Source: an uncultured Alphaproteobacteria bacterium (lineage in GTDB: Bacteria > Pseudomonadota > Alphaproteobacteria > Rhizobiales > Beijerinckiaceae). From it: a stretch of DNA of 64,000 bases. The DNA lies in NCBI GenBank assembly GCA_963832305.1, contig CAWHTU010000008.1:44906-108905 (forward strand), in the 5' to 3' direction. Every line of letters starts with the position of its first letter. Position 1 is the stretch's first letter. Of the stretch, positions 1 through 11,974 are shown piece after piece. The notes beneath the pieces were generated by a model that had not been told where the DNA came from, did no database searches, and was given only the letters and a program-made list of their open reading frames with translations. Made by a program: the position numbers and the translations under genes.

Positions 1-1
1 A

Positions 2-589
2 ATCGAGGAATTCGGACTCGAAGGACCGCTCGAGCGCTGGCAGGAAGTCCGGGCTGCTATCCATGCGGAGGTGTGCGAGCGCGGGTACGATCCCAAGCAA
101 GACACGTTCGTGCAATCTTTCGGCGATACGACTCTAGACGCGAGTCTGCTGCTCGTTCCCATCGTCGGCTTTTTGCCGCCTGACGATCCCCGCGTCAAAG
201 GCACCGTGGCGGCAATTGAACGCACGCTCCTTCGCGACGGATTCGTGCTGCGCTATGACACCGGCGCCGGCGTTGATGGCCTGCCGCCAGGCGAAGGCGC
301 TTTTCTCGCCTGCAGCTTCTGGCTTGTCGACAACTATGTGCTGCTGGGGCGGTACGACGAGGCTCAAGCTCTGTTCGAGCGTCTGCTGGCGCTGCGCAAC
401 GACGTCGGGTTGCTGGCGGAGGAGTACGATCCCCACAACCGCCGTCAGCTTGGCAACTTCCCGCAGGCTTTCTCGCATCTTGCGCTCATCAATGCGGCCC
501 ATAACCTCAGCACGGCGAGAGGCGCGGCGCGACTGCGCTCGCAAAAATCCGGCCCCGCCCGGCCGGAGCCAGAGGCGGGCGCGGGCTAG
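2..589 (+). CDS. Glycoside hydrolase family 15 (glucoamylase/trehalase-like), 5'-truncated by the window edge
   Basis: Frame is open from position 2 (IEEFGLEGPLERW...). GH15 C-terminal motifs LDASLL, EGAFLACSFW, GLLAEEYD and GNFPQAFSH. Confidence 0.85.
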   Translation: MEEFGLEGPLERWQEVRAAIHAEVCERGYDPKQDTFVQSFGDTTLDASLLLVPIVGFLPPDDPRVKGTVAAIERTLLRDGFVLRYDTGAGVDGLPPGEGAFLACSFWLVDNYVLLGRYDEAQALFERLLALRNDVGLLAEEYDPHNRRQLGNFPQAFSHLALINAAHNLSTARGAARLRSQKSGPARPEPEAGAG

Positions 590-614
590 GCCTTGAGCCG
601 CATGCCGCAGGCGG

Positions 615-1532
615 TCACTTGCCGACCACCCCGTCGAGCCAGGCGATGAGGTCGCGCGTCACCTCGTCGCGGTTGGTCTCGTTCAGCGTCTCGTGCCGCG
701 CGTCCGGATAGATGCGGGTCGTGAGCCGGGTGAGGCCTGCGCTCTTCAGTGCATCGATGAGGCCCGTAACGTTGGCCCCGACCGGATCGCGCTCGCCGGA
801 AAAGACGTAGATCGGCATGTCCTTCCGGATGCGGGCGAGGCGTTCAGGCGCGAGGAGGCCGGGCAGCGCGTCGAGGACGTCGATGGCGAGCTGGTTCGTG
901 AAGGGGAAGCCGCAGTAAGGATCGGCCACGTAGGCGTCGACCTCCTTCAAGTCGCGCGACAGCCAGTCGAACGCGGTTCGCGCCGGCTCGAATGGTTTGT
1001 TGTAGGCGCCGAACCACATCTGGCCGATGAGCTGGCTTTTGCCGTGCTTCCCGAGCCTCAGCCGCTCGAGGCGCGCGATCAGGCGTCCGAGCGTCGCGAT
1101 CGCCGGCGGCTTGCCGCTCGAACCCGAATAGACCGCGCCGGCGAGCGCGTCGGAGTGCTCTGCGACGAACCCCTGTCCGAGGAACGACCCCAGCGAGTGG
1201 CCGAGGAAGATGATCGGAACGCCCGGCTGCTCGCTGGCGATCAAGCGATTCATGGTCCAGAGATCGTCGACGACCTTGCCCCAGCCCCCTTGGTCGGCGA
1301 AATGGCCGAGATCAGCCGGCGCGGCCTTGGGCCCGTGCCCGCGATGGTCGTTGGCGTAGGCCGCGTAGCCGGCGGCGTTGAGCGCCGCGGCGAGGCGCGC
1401 GTAACGGGCGCTGTGCTCGGAGAGGCCATGCGCGATCTGCACGACCGCCCGCGGCCGCCCCTCCGGCAGCCAGCGGCGAGCCAGAAGGCTCTGGCCATCG
1501 TCGGCGCGAAGCTCGAACTCACTCTCCGGCAT
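615..1532 (-). CDS. Alpha/beta hydrolase, lysophospholipase/monoacylglycerol lipase-like
   Basis: HGLSEH oxyanion motif, DHRGHG, nucleophile GHSLG, C-terminal HETLNE. Confidence 0.85.
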   Translation of the reverse strand: MPESEFELRADDGQSLLARRWLPEGRPRAVVQIAHGLSEHSARYARLAAALNAAGYAAYANDHRGHGPKAAPADLGHFADQGGWGKVVDDLWTMNRLIASEQPGVPIIFLGHSLGSFLGQGFVAEHSDALAGAVYSGSSGKPPAIATLGRLIARLERLRLGKHGKSQLIGQMWFGAYNKPFEPARTAFDWLSRDLKEVDAYVADPYCGFPFTNQLAIDVLDALPGLLAPERLARIRKDMPIYVFSGERDPVGANVTGLIDALKSAGLTRLTTRIYPDARHETLNETNRDEVTRDLIAWLDGVVGK

Positions 1533-1833
1533 CGCCTCTCCTCAGAACCCAGGCTGAGAAAACCCGCCTTTCAGGCCACGCTCGCCCGCCCAGGGCCGCC
1601 GCGTCAAGCAGGCCGTGACGACCGGCCGAGGCCGCCGATGATCGCATTCGGATCGAGACGTCGCGACCCCAGTTGCCAAATCCAAGAATTGTCGTTCTAC
1701 TCAGATTGGATCGGTCACAGTCGATCTCTCGCGCCCCGACTGGGCGGCATCGGAAAAGGCGGCCTCCCCGAATTGAGGCGTTCCGACCGTCCGGGGATAG
1801 CGCGAGCAAGAGCTGAACAAAAGGAGGAGCGCT

Positions 1834-2907
1834 ATGAAAAAATGGCTGGGCGTCACCGCGATTGTCGCTGCAACGGGTCTCTGGAGTTCGGGCGCCTTCG
1901 CGCAGACGGGCGCGATCAATAAGGCGGTCGGCGGTTATACCTGGGAGGACGCCGCGAAAGAGGCGCCGACCACCAAGAAGGACGGCAAGCCGCTCACCTT
2001 CGCGATCATCACCCACACCGCGGGCAACGGCTTCTTCGATCCGGTCTATGTCGGCGCTCAGGTGGCCGCCAACGCCTTCGGCATCAACCTGATCAAGCTC
2101 GGGTCGGAAGCGCCGATGGACGACATCCCGCGCGAGATCCAGATTCTGAACCAGATCGTCAACGATCCGACGATCAACGGCGTGATCATGACGACGCCCC
2201 AGGTCGGCGCCTATAACGATCTCGTCAAGAAGCTCGAGGATCGCGGGGTCGTCGTGGCGACGACCAACTCGTTCGACGGGACGCTGCTCGACCGGAGCAA
2301 CATCAGCCACACCGGCCAGGACGCCTCGGCAGCCGCGATTGGCGGCGAAGCGATCGTCAAATGCCTCATCAAGAACAACATCAAGGGCGGTTCGATCCTG
2401 TTCCCGAATACAGTGCCGGTCGGCAACATCGAGGTCAACAATCGCGTGACCGCGGCGTTCCAGGCGACCGTCAAGGCGCTCAAGGCCGCGAACCGGCTGC
2501 AGGATTTCAAGGTTGACGCCGGGCCCAACAACATCGGGGTCGACGTCGGCGCCGATATCACGCCCGCGCCAATCGTCCAGTTGATCGAAAGCCGCAAGGA
2601 CGTCGTCGGACTCTTCGGACCGAACGGCGGCGTGACCCCGGCGATCGGCGACGCGATCTCGCAGCTCAAGCTCAACGGCAAGATCTGCGCTTTCGGCTTC
2701 GACCTTGGCCCGAAACAGCTCGAGCAGATCAAGACCGGCGCGCTGCAGGGCTCTCTCGGACAGCAGCCCTTCCTGCAGGGCTTCTATCCGGTCGTGCAGC
2801 TCTATCTGCAGATTGACCGCAACATCTCGGCAGCGAATTTGGACACCCGCGCCCAGCTCGTGACCAAGGACAATGTCGAGAAGGTCGGCAAGCGCTTCGA
2901 GAACTGA
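1834..2907 (+). CDS. Sugar ABC transporter substrate-binding protein (RbsB-like)
   Basis: RBS AGGAGG, signal peptide ending AFA, Peripla_BP-like motifs (GFFDPV, GFDL, QQPFLQG), followed by permease and ATPase genes. Confidence 0.85.
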   Translation: MKKWLGVTAIVAATGLWSSGAFAQTGAINKAVGGYTWEDAAKEAPTTKKDGKPLTFAIITHTAGNGFFDPVYVGAQVAANAFGINLIKLGSEAPMDDIPREIQILNQIVNDPTINGVIMTTPQVGAYNDLVKKLEDRGVVVATTNSFDGTLLDRSNISHTGQDASAAAIGGEAIVKCLIKNNIKGGSILFPNTVPVGNIEVNNRVTAAFQATVKALKAANRLQDFKVDAGPNNIGVDVGADITPAPIVQLIESRKDVVGLFGPNGGVTPAIGDAISQLKLNGKICAFGFDLGPKQLEQIKTGALQGSLGQQPFLQGFYPVVQLYLQIDRNISAANLDTRAQLVTKDNVEKVGKRFEN

Positions 2908-3126
2908 CCCACCAAGCCGCAGGCGGCTCGGGAGGGCCTTGCGGCCCGCCCGGGCCCCCTCTTGCGACCCCAATATCGTGCGCTCAAATCCCGCGGACCG
3001 TCGCCCGCAAGGCGGCGGCCGCGCCGCAGAAGGAGGCCCTCGCTTGACCTGGCGCGACCGCCTCCGGGCGCGAAGAGACGCCGCTTTCCTGGCGTCGCGA
3101 AGGCCTCGTTCGACCCGGCTCCCTGC

Positions 3127-5430
3127 ATGACCGCCGTCGCCGAAGACAGCAGGGTCCGCGACGCCGGCCGCGAGGCTCCTCTCATCTTTGGCGGCTGGGA
3201 GGTCGGCCTCCTCGCCATCATGGCCATCCTCTACTCGGCCGGCCTTTATCTCAATCCCGCCTTTTTTGGCTCGACCGACGCGCTCTTTTCCGTCCTGCGC
3301 GACGCCTCTCGCTACGGCGTGCTGGCAATCGGCATGACCTTCGTCATCGTCAACAAGGAGCTGGACCTCTCGGTCGGCTCGACCTTCGGCCTCACCGCAG
3401 CGATCTTCGGGGTGATCTTCGCTCCGACCTATTTTGACATGGGGATATGGACGGCTGTCGCCTGGTGCCTCGTCATGGGGCTTACGGTCGGGCTGATCAA
3501 TGGCTTCCTGGTCACCGTCCTTGAAGTGCCGGCGTTCATCGCCACGCTGACGATGCTGTTCATCGGCCGGGGCGTGATCCTCGGCGTCACCGGAGGCAAG
3601 AACATCGCGTTCGAGATCAAGGCGGGGGAATTTCCGGCCTTCTTCCATCTCGGCGAAATCAACGCGTTCGGCTTCAACAACCAGATCATTCTCTTCGTCA
3701 TCATCGCCGCGATCGCCGCCACCGCCCTCGCGTATACGACCATCGGCTGGACGACCTATTCGGTCGGCGGCAACGAGCAGGCGGCGCGTTACGCCGGCAT
3801 CAACACCCGCTTCGTGCGGATGCGCTCCTACGTGCTTTCGTCGCTTTGCGCGGTGACCGCGGGGCTCATGAGCGTCGCCCAGAACAAGGACGCCGATCCC
3901 CTGGCCGGCTTCGGCCTGGAGCTTATCGCCATTTCGTCGGTCATCGTCGGAGGGGCGGCCATTTTCGGCGGCCGCGGGCGGATCCTCGGCTCCTGCCTCG
4001 GCGCGATTCTCATCGGGCTCATCGACAAGGTCCTGCGCGAAGGCGTGCCCACCACCCGCACGATCGATCTCGGCAACGGCGACACCGCCCAGGTGGCGGC
4101 GGTGACGCAATTGCCGCCCGGCGCGGTTCCCGCCTTCCTCGGCGTCGTCCTGATCATCGCGGTTCTCATCGAGCCCTGGCTCGTCAGGCGCCGCGCCATT
4201 CCCCGCCTCTGGGCCTGGCTCCGCGGCCGGCCGCCGCCTCCGGTTCCCGATCTCGGCGGCATTGCGATCGCCAGCGCTCCGACCCGCGGCGCAACGGTGC
4301 AGGCGCGCGGACTGGGCAAACGCGGCATCGCAGCCTTCTTCTATCGCCGGGATGCGGCTGCGGTGATCCTCATGGTCGCGCTTTGGCTGTTCGGCTGGTG
4401 GGCGCGGCCCGATTTCTGGGCCGGCCTCGACAACAGTTTTGCGACGCTGCTCGCCTTTTCGGAGATCGCGCTGCTCGCCGTCGGCCTCACCTTCGTGATG
4501 GCGAACGGCGACATCGACCTTTCGGTCGGCTCGGTGCTTGCGCTCTCCGGCGCGGTCGCGGCGGTGATCATGAAGGACACGACCTGGGGACCGCTGGCGG
4601 CGGTCGGCGGCGGACTCCTCGCCGGCGTGATCGCCGGCCTCATCAACGGCTGGCTCACCGCCTACGTCGGCTTGCCCGCCTTCATCGCCACGCTCGGGAC
4701 GTTCTACTGGGCGCGCGGCATCGGCTCGTCGATCGTCGCCGGCACCCAGCTCAACGGCTTTCCGGAGTCGTTCAACCTGATTGGACGAAACCTTTACGAG
4801 CTCCTCGACGTCATGGGCATGGCGCCCGCCGGCGGATTGTGGCTTGCGATCGCCAAGGCGGTCAGCGTGCAGACAATCTTCGTTCTCTTCGTCGCGCTCA
4901 TTGCGGGGGTCGTGCTCGCCCATACGACCTTCGGCGAGAAGGTCTACGCGATCGGCGGCAACGAACGGGCTGCGAATTTCGCCGGCATCAACACGCGGCG
5001 GGTCCGCTTCACGTCCTTCCTGATCTCATCGATCTGCGCCGCCTCTGCGGGAATCATCTACGACGCCTTCTATCGCAGCTTCATTCCGACCGCCGGGCAA
5101 TTGCGCGAGCTCGACAGCATCTCCTCGATCATCATCGGCGGCGGATCGATCTTCGGCGGCTACGGCACGATGATCGGCTCGCTTGCGGGCGCCGCCGTCA
5201 TCACGCTCATCCGTTCGCTTCTCTCGTTGCAGATCATCCTGAAGGACGGCTCATCCTTCGTCCTGCCGCAGCAATGGCAGAACGTGTTCATCGGCCTCAT
5301 TCTGATCGTCGCGGTGGTCGGCGACATCTGGCTCCGCCAGAACAATATCCTCGGCCGGTGGTTCGGCCGGAAACGAGCGCGCGAGGAAGGCCCGGCCCTG
5401 GCCGAGCCGGTCAAAAAGGCAGAAGCATGA
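3127..5430 (+). CDS. Sugar ABC permease with two fused RbsC/BPD_transp_2 domains
   Basis: DLSVGS, PAFIATL, GGNE.AA.(Y/F)AGINTR and GG..IFGG each occur twice. Start taken at ATG 3127 (MTAVAEDS). Confidence 0.85.
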   Translation: MTAVAEDSRVRDAGREAPLIFGGWEVGLLAIMAILYSAGLYLNPAFFGSTDALFSVLRDASRYGVLAIGMTFVIVNKELDLSVGSTFGLTAAIFGVIFAPTYFDMGIWTAVAWCLVMGLTVGLINGFLVTVLEVPAFIATLTMLFIGRGVILGVTGGKNIAFEIKAGEFPAFFHLGEINAFGFNNQIILFVIIAAIAATALAYTTIGWTTYSVGGNEQAARYAGINTRFVRMRSYVLSSLCAVTAGLMSVAQNKDADPLAGFGLELIAISSVIVGGAAIFGGRGRILGSCLGAILIGLIDKVLREGVPTTRTIDLGNGDTAQVAAVTQLPPGAVPAFLGVVLIIAVLIEPWLVRRRAIPRLWAWLRGRPPPPVPDLGGIAIASAPTRGATVQARGLGKRGIAAFFYRRDAAAVILMVALWLFGWWARPDFWAGLDNSFATLLAFSEIALLAVGLTFVMANGDIDLSVGSVLALSGAVAAVIMKDTTWGPLAAVGGGLLAGVIAGLINGWLTAYVGLPAFIATLGTFYWARGIGSSIVAGTQLNGFPESFNLIGRNLYELLDVMGMAPAGGLWLAIAKAVSVQTIFVLFVALIAGVVLAHTTFGEKVYAIGGNERAANFAGINTRRVRFTSFLISSICAASAGIIYDAFYRSFIPTAGQLRELDSISSIIIGGGSIFGGYGTMIGSLAGAAVITLIRSLLSLQIILKDGSSFVLPQQWQNVFIGLILIVAVVGDIWLRQNNILGRWFGRKRAREEGPALAEPVKKAEA

Positions 5431-6191
5431 CCCGTCCGATGGTTGAGATGCGCTCGATCGACAAAAGCTTCGGTCCGGTGAGGGCGCTGGTCGAGGTCCA
5501 TCTGTCCCTCATGCCGGGCGAGGTCCTCGGCCTCGTCGGCGACAACTCGGCCGGCAAGTCGACGCTCATGAAGATCATGACCGGCGCCTACCAGCGGGAC
5601 TCGGGCGAAGTCTTCATCGACGGAGAGCCCGTGCACTTCAGGAGCCCGCACGAGAGCCGGGATCTCGGCATCGAGATGATCTACCAGGACTTCGCGCTGT
5701 GCGGAAACCTCGACGTCAGCCAGAACATCTTCCTGGGCCGGTGGCCTCGCCGCTTCGGAATCTTCGTCGACCGCCCCCGCATGCATCAGGACGCGCGAAC
5801 GATCCTTGACCGCCTCAAGGTCGACGTGACCTCGGTCTATCAGAAGGTCGAAAGCCTTTCGGGCGGGCGCCAGCAGTCCGTGGCCATCGCGCGGGCCATT
5901 TCCTTCGAGCCCAAGGTCGTGATTTTCGACGAACCCACCGCCAACCTGTCGGTGACGGCGACCAACCGTTTGCTGGAAACGATCCTCGAGCTGAAAAGAC
6001 ACCGCGTGTCGCAAATCATCATCTCGCATCGCCTGACCGACATCTTCGAGGTCGGCGATCGGGTGATGGTGCTGAAGCGGGGACGCAATGTCGGCGAGCG
6101 AGCCATTGCCGACACGACGGAAAAGGAAGTGCTCGAACTGATCGTCTCTGGAGTGCCGGAAAAGATCGCCGACGCCGCTCTGAGTTCCTAA
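5427..6191 (+). CDS. Sugar ABC transporter ATP-binding protein
   Basis: Walker A GDNSAGKS, signature LSGGRQQ, Walker B IFDEP. ATGA overlap with the permease stop. Confidence 0.9.
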   Translation: MTRPMVEMRSIDKSFGPVRALVEVHLSLMPGEVLGLVGDNSAGKSTLMKIMTGAYQRDSGEVFIDGEPVHFRSPHESRDLGIEMIYQDFALCGNLDVSQNIFLGRWPRRFGIFVDRPRMHQDARTILDRLKVDVTSVYQKVESLSGGRQQSVAIARAISFEPKVVIFDEPTANLSVTATNRLLETILELKRHRVSQIIISHRLTDIFEVGDRVMVLKRGRNVGERAIADTTEKEVLELIVSGVPEKIADAALSS

Positions 6192-6403
6192 GCGGGCGCT
6201 GTGCTCGGCAAGCCCGAAGCCGCCCGTCCTCGGCGCCGAGTTCGAACTCCGTCGCCGGCATCCCCTCGCCAATCCTCGGACGGCAGCCCTCAGAGCCCGC
6301 TGCCAGTCGACTTGATGTGTTCGCCGAGCCGCACCAGAGCCTGTCGGAAAGGCGGCCGCCAGCGCGCGAGGCCTATTCCGATTATCAGACGATGAGAGAG
6401 TGC

Positions 6404-6443
6404 TTGCCGTAAAACAGAAGTCATGCTAGGTTTCCCAGCATGA
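6404..6443 (+). promoter_or_regulatory. Putative sigma70 promoter overlapped by an inverted repeat
   Basis: TTGCCG(6404-6409)-N17-TAGGTT(6427-6432). TCATGCT-N9-AGCATGA at 6421-6443. Confidence 0.45.
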
Positions 6444-6531
6444 AATCACCTCGGCTGGCGTGGAAAGGATTTTGCCGTATTCCCCAAAGTCCGCCCGTTG
6501 GAGACGGAAATTTTGTCCGGCGCTACGGCCT

Positions 6532-6587
6532 CGTATGCCACTGAAAACGCTCGTTTACGACGAGAGAATCCAAGACAATCCAAGCTT
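6532..6587 (-). repeat. Degenerate intergenic repeat, copy A
   Basis: Reverse complement AAGCTTGGATTGTCTTGGATTCTCTCGTCGTAAACGAGCGTTTTCAGTGGCATACG matches copy B at 34/56 positions without gaps. Confidence 0.6.
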
Positions 6588-6761
6588 CCGCATCCCTCGC
6601 TCGAGGGGTGTTCCAGGGGCCAACCCGCGGGTAACCAAGAAATTCCAAGAAAGAGGCCTAATATACATTTTCGCATCGCCTATTAAGGCCGCTCCAAAGC
6701 GGCTTTGAGGGACGCGGCGGTCCGGAAATTCCTCCTCGCCGAATCGGACGCGATCGGTTAG

Positions 6762-8402
<1,641 letters not shown>

Positions 8403-8478
8403 GGCGCGGCAGCGGCCGGAATTGGAAAACGCGGCCATTCTGCGCTCGTGCCCGCGGCAATTCCGTTTTCGCTCTCGA

Positions 8479-10542
8479 TTACGCCATCGCGTGGCGCCGC
8501 GCCCGAAATCCTGCCAGGCCGAGTCCGCCGAGGCCCATGAGGAGCCAAGTGGCCGGCTCGGGAACGGGGACGGTCGTCAAGCGAATGTCGTTGCCCACGA
8601 GGCCGGCATCGGCGTTGTACGTGTAATCGATGCTGAAGCGATACCAGGTCCCGTCAAAAGCGGCGTTTACAAATTGCCCGTCACTGAACAAACCAGATAC
8701 GGGGTCCGTCCCGTCGTTGGCGACAATGTCGAAGCCCTCGCCCAGCGTTGGCGCGGACAAAAGATCGAGGACAAGGTTCGCACCGTTCAAGGCGAGCGCG
8801 CCGGTCACGTTCAGGACGTCGTTCAAGCCCTGGCCCTGCGAGTTGGTCGGGTCGAGATCGATCATGAGGACGCTGTCCGCCTTGAGGGTCGTGTCGCCGA
8901 CGTTCAGCGCGCCGACTCCGCTCGCGCCCGGCGACAGCCGCGCGCCCGCGTCCACGGTCACTGGCCCAGAGATCGCGCCTCCCATATTCGCTGCGCCGCT
9001 GACGACCTCGACATCGGCGAAGTTCGACACGGCGCCGGAGTAGCTGAAGCTGTGACCCTTGCCGATGTCGAGATACATCTCGTTCACGCCTCCGACGCCG
9101 CCGGAGATATCGCCGAGGACTGAAGCCGCGCCGCCGGATATTGTCACCGTATTGTTCCCGGCGCCCAAGGCGATCGCCTTGCCGCTGCTCGAGCCGTCGA
9201 CGGTTCCGGCGTTCGTGATCGTGACGGGATCGAAGCTGGACGTGGCGTCGATCGCCGCGGTTGTCACGCCGCCGCCCCTTATGGTGGCGCCGGCTTCGTT
9301 GTTGATCGCCACCGTGTGACCGGACGCCTGGTCGCCGATCACAGCGATTCCGGAGTCGCTGTCGCCTTGAATCAGGCCGCCAGCCTGATTGGTGACCGTC
9401 GTGTCGCCATAAATCGGCTCGCGTTTCCCCGCGTCCGGACCGGTGGTGATGTCGTTGCCGGTGAGCGTGATGCCACGTCCGACAGCGGTCGTGTTGCCCG
9501 CAGCGACAGAGCCCTGGATAGTTCCGGAGTTGACGATCGTGCCGCCGCCGACCGACAAGCCCTCGCTTGCCGAACCAACCGCGTTGATCGAGCGGATCGT
9601 GCCGGTGTTGGTGATATTCACGAGGCCGTCCACGTCGATGCCGTCGCCGTCGCCGGTTACCCCGTCGCCGGTGATCAGGCCGTGATTGACGACAGTCACC
9701 GTCTCGAGAGCTCCAGCGCCGTTCAAGGCGTCAATATTGATGCCGGACCCATTGTCGCCCTGAATTGTCGCTCCGGCGTTGTTGGTGACGCTCATGGTGA
9801 AAGTGCTGGTCGCGTCGAGCTGGCCGCCAGTGATTCCGTGCCGTCCGCCTTCGATCAGCCCACCCGAATAGTTGGTGATTTGCACGCCGCTGTTGTTCTG
9901 CGCGTCGACGCCGTCGCTGCTGCTGCTGGTGGTCGTCGTGGATTTGATCGTGCCCCAATTGTTGACAACGCCATTGACGCCGGGGCGCACCGCGTCGCCC
10001 TCGTTCGCTTGCATGAGGCCATAATTATTGACCGTATTCGCTCCCGAGGTGATCGCGTTAAAGTCCACGACCTGGTTTCCGCTGGCCACGGGATTGTTGA
10101 TCGAGATCATCTGGCCGTAGTTATTCAGGGTGACGCTGGCCGGCGACTTGTTCATCTGAATCACGTCTCCCTGGGTGGTCTGCATCAGCGCGGTCGAATC
10201 TGCGACGCCGCCGCATCCCACCACGCCCGAGGCGCAGCCATTGTAGACCGTGAGGCCGGTGACGCCGGTATTGTCGCGGATCGCCCGGCCGGTTCCCGTC
10301 TGCTTGAGCGCGCCCAGATTCGTCAGCGTCGCGTCATTGCCTGAAATCGTCACCGCGGTCGTACCGCCGCTGACGGTGAGCGACCCGGTATCCGTGATTG
10401 TGCCGGTCTGCCCGGCGCCGGACCCAAGGGTTTGCGCGGTTGTCGAGGCGTTGCTGATGGTGAAGGTGCCGCCGAACGCGGGCGGCGTCGCCAACAGGCC
10501 CAAGGCCGCGATGGCTGCAGTTTGAAGCAGGATGGTCTTCAT
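8479..10542 (-). CDS. Secreted Gly/Thr/Asn-rich repeat protein with a PEP-CTERM sorting signal
   Basis: Signal peptide MKTILLQTAAIAALGLLATPPAFG, repeated I.N.G.I motifs, C-terminal VPEPATW + hydrophobic helix + RARR. Confidence 0.85.
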   Translation of the reverse strand: MKTILLQTAAIAALGLLATPPAFGGTFTISNASTTAQTLGSGAGQTGTITDTGSLTVSGGTTAVTISGNDATLTNLGALKQTGTGRAIRDNTGVTGLTVYNGCASGVVGCGGVADSTALMQTTQGDVIQMNKSPASVTLNNYGQMISINNPVASGNQVVDFNAITSGANTVNNYGLMQANEGDAVRPGVNGVVNNWGTIKSTTTTSSSSDGVDAQNNSGVQITNYSGGLIEGGRHGITGGQLDATSTFTMSVTNNAGATIQGDNGSGINIDALNGAGALETVTVVNHGLITGDGVTGDGDGIDVDGLVNITNTGTIRSINAVGSASEGLSVGGGTIVNSGTIQGSVAAGNTTAVGRGITLTGNDITTGPDAGKREPIYGDTTVTNQAGGLIQGDSDSGIAVIGDQASGHTVAINNEAGATIRGGGVTTAAIDATSSFDPVTITNAGTVDGSSSGKAIALGAGNNTVTISGGAASVLGDISGGVGGVNEMYLDIGKGHSFSYSGAVSNFADVEVVSGAANMGGAISGPVTVDAGARLSPGASGVGALNVGDTTLKADSVLMIDLDPTNSQGQGLNDVLNVTGALALNGANLVLDLLSAPTLGEGFDIVANDGTDPVSGLFSDGQFVNAAFDGTWYRFSIDYTYNADAGLVGNDIRLTTVPVPEPATWLLMGLGGLGLAGFRARRHAMA

Positions 10543-10666
10543 TGAGAGGGTCCGAGATAGGGGTTGCAACATGCGGCGACCGCCCCCTCCCGGCGAGAGG
10601 GGTCCGCGCCGCACAGGATCATGCGGGCCTTCTATGACTGTCGCGTGTCGCGGAGGCCGCCAAAGG

Positions 10667-10694
10667 TTGACGGAGCAAGCCGCGCGGCTATAGA
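10667..10694 (+). promoter_or_regulatory. Putative sigma70 promoter for tRNA-Ser
   Basis: TTGACG-N16-TATAGA about 80 bp upstream of the tRNA. Confidence 0.55.
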
Positions 10695-10772
10695 CCCCTT
10701 TTCGCCGAACCGCCGTAGTCCGGCGGGGACGGACCTTTTCGGGCGGACCGGCGAGGCGTCGTTTCAGACTTG

Positions 10773-10862
10773 GGAAGGATGGCCGAGTGGTTTAAGGCAG
10801 CGGTCTTGAAAACCGCCGTGGGCGCAAGTCCACCGTGAGTTCGAATCTCACTCCTTCCGCCA
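10773..10862 (+). tRNA. tRNA-Ser (anticodon TGA)
   Basis: Acceptor stem GGAAGGA/TCCTTCC, anticodon arm GCGGT-CTTGAAA-ACCGC, long variable arm, GTTCGAATC T-loop, encoded CCA. Confidence 0.97.
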
Positions 10863-10943
10863 GCGCGCGAGCCCGCTCCTCGATCCCGCAAGCCTTGCAA
10901 AGACCTCAAGAAAGGCGCTGTCTTCGATGCTCACGGCCCCGCG

Positions 10944-11876
10944 ATGACCGCGTCCGTCCTGTTCACCCTCGGAACTCGCGGCTCGCCCTTGGCGCTCGCG
11001 CAGGCGAACGAGGCGCGCCGGCTTCTCGCCGAGGCGCACGGCTGGGAGGTCGAGCGGATCGCGCTTCAGGTCATCCGCACAAGCGGCGACAGCATCCAGG
11101 ATCAGCCGCTGGCTGAGGCCGGCGGCAAGGGCCTTTTCACCAAGGAGATCGACGCGGCGCTCCTCGCCGGCGTGATCGACGCGGCGGTTCATTCGGCCAA
11201 GGACCTGCCGTCGGTCATGCCCGAGGGGCTGGCGATGGCAGCCTGTCTCGAGCGCGAGGATGTGCGCGACGCTCTCATCTCGGCGTTCGCGGACACGGTC
11301 GAGGGCCTGCCGCACGGGGCGACCTTCGGCGCCGCGTCGCTCCGCCGCCAGGCTCAGGCCTTGCGGCTGCGGCCGGATCTGAAGTCGACATTGCTGCGCG
11401 GCAATGTCGAGACGCGGCTCAAGAAGGCCGAGGCCGGTGAGATCGGCGCGACGCTGCTGGCGCTCGCGGGCCTCAAGCGGCTCGGCCTCGCCGAGCGCGC
11501 CTGCGCAGTGCTCGACCTCGACGCGTTCCTGCCCGCGCCTGGCCAGGGCGCGATCGCCATCACCGCGCGCGGCGCCGATGCGCCCGCGCTGCGGGCGCTC
11601 GAGCCGATCTCGGACGCTGAGACCTCGGCGGAGATCACTGCGGAGCGCGCCTTCCTGGCCGAGCTTGAAGGGTCCTGCCGCACCCCGATCGCCGGCCTTG
11701 CCCGGCTTGAGGCCGGGAGGCTCCGGCTGCGGGGCGAGGTGCTGCGCGCGGATGGCTCCGAGCGCTTTGACATCGCCATAGAGGGCGCTTCCGCCGACGC
11801 CAACCGGCTTGGGCGGGAAGCTGGACGCGAACTCAAAGCCCGCCTGCCCGAAGGGGTGTTGGCGGATACTCGCTGA
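10944..11876 (+). CDS. hemC: Hydroxymethylbilane synthase (porphobilinogen deaminase)
   Basis: GTRGSPLALAQ, GGKGLFTKE, AVHSAKD, LRGNVETRL, LEGSCRTPI. Confidence 0.97.
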   Translation: MTASVLFTLGTRGSPLALAQANEARRLLAEAHGWEVERIALQVIRTSGDSIQDQPLAEAGGKGLFTKEIDAALLAGVIDAAVHSAKDLPSVMPEGLAMAACLEREDVRDALISAFADTVEGLPHGATFGAASLRRQAQALRLRPDLKSTLLRGNVETRLKKAEAGEIGATLLALAGLKRLGLAERACAVLDLDAFLPAPGQGAIAITARGADAPALRALEPISDAETSAEITAERAFLAELEGSCRTPIAGLARLEAGRLRLRGEVLRADGSERFDIAIEGASADANRLGREAGRELKARLPEGVLADTR

Positions 11877-11974
11877 CTTAACGACCACGGATGGTGTTTG
11901 TTTGTCTTTTCTCGAAGCCAAATGCAAACTTATCAAAACCCAGCAAAAGCCTGGGCAGCGCCCAAACCAAACCC

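Noticed and set aside
1519-4923. 1134-aa minus-strand ORF and the many other long antisense or overlapping ORFs (e.g. 47530-49503, 51331-53415)
   Set aside because: Shadow ORFs opposite well-supported genes, expected in high-GC DNA with biased third codon positions. No recognisable motifs.
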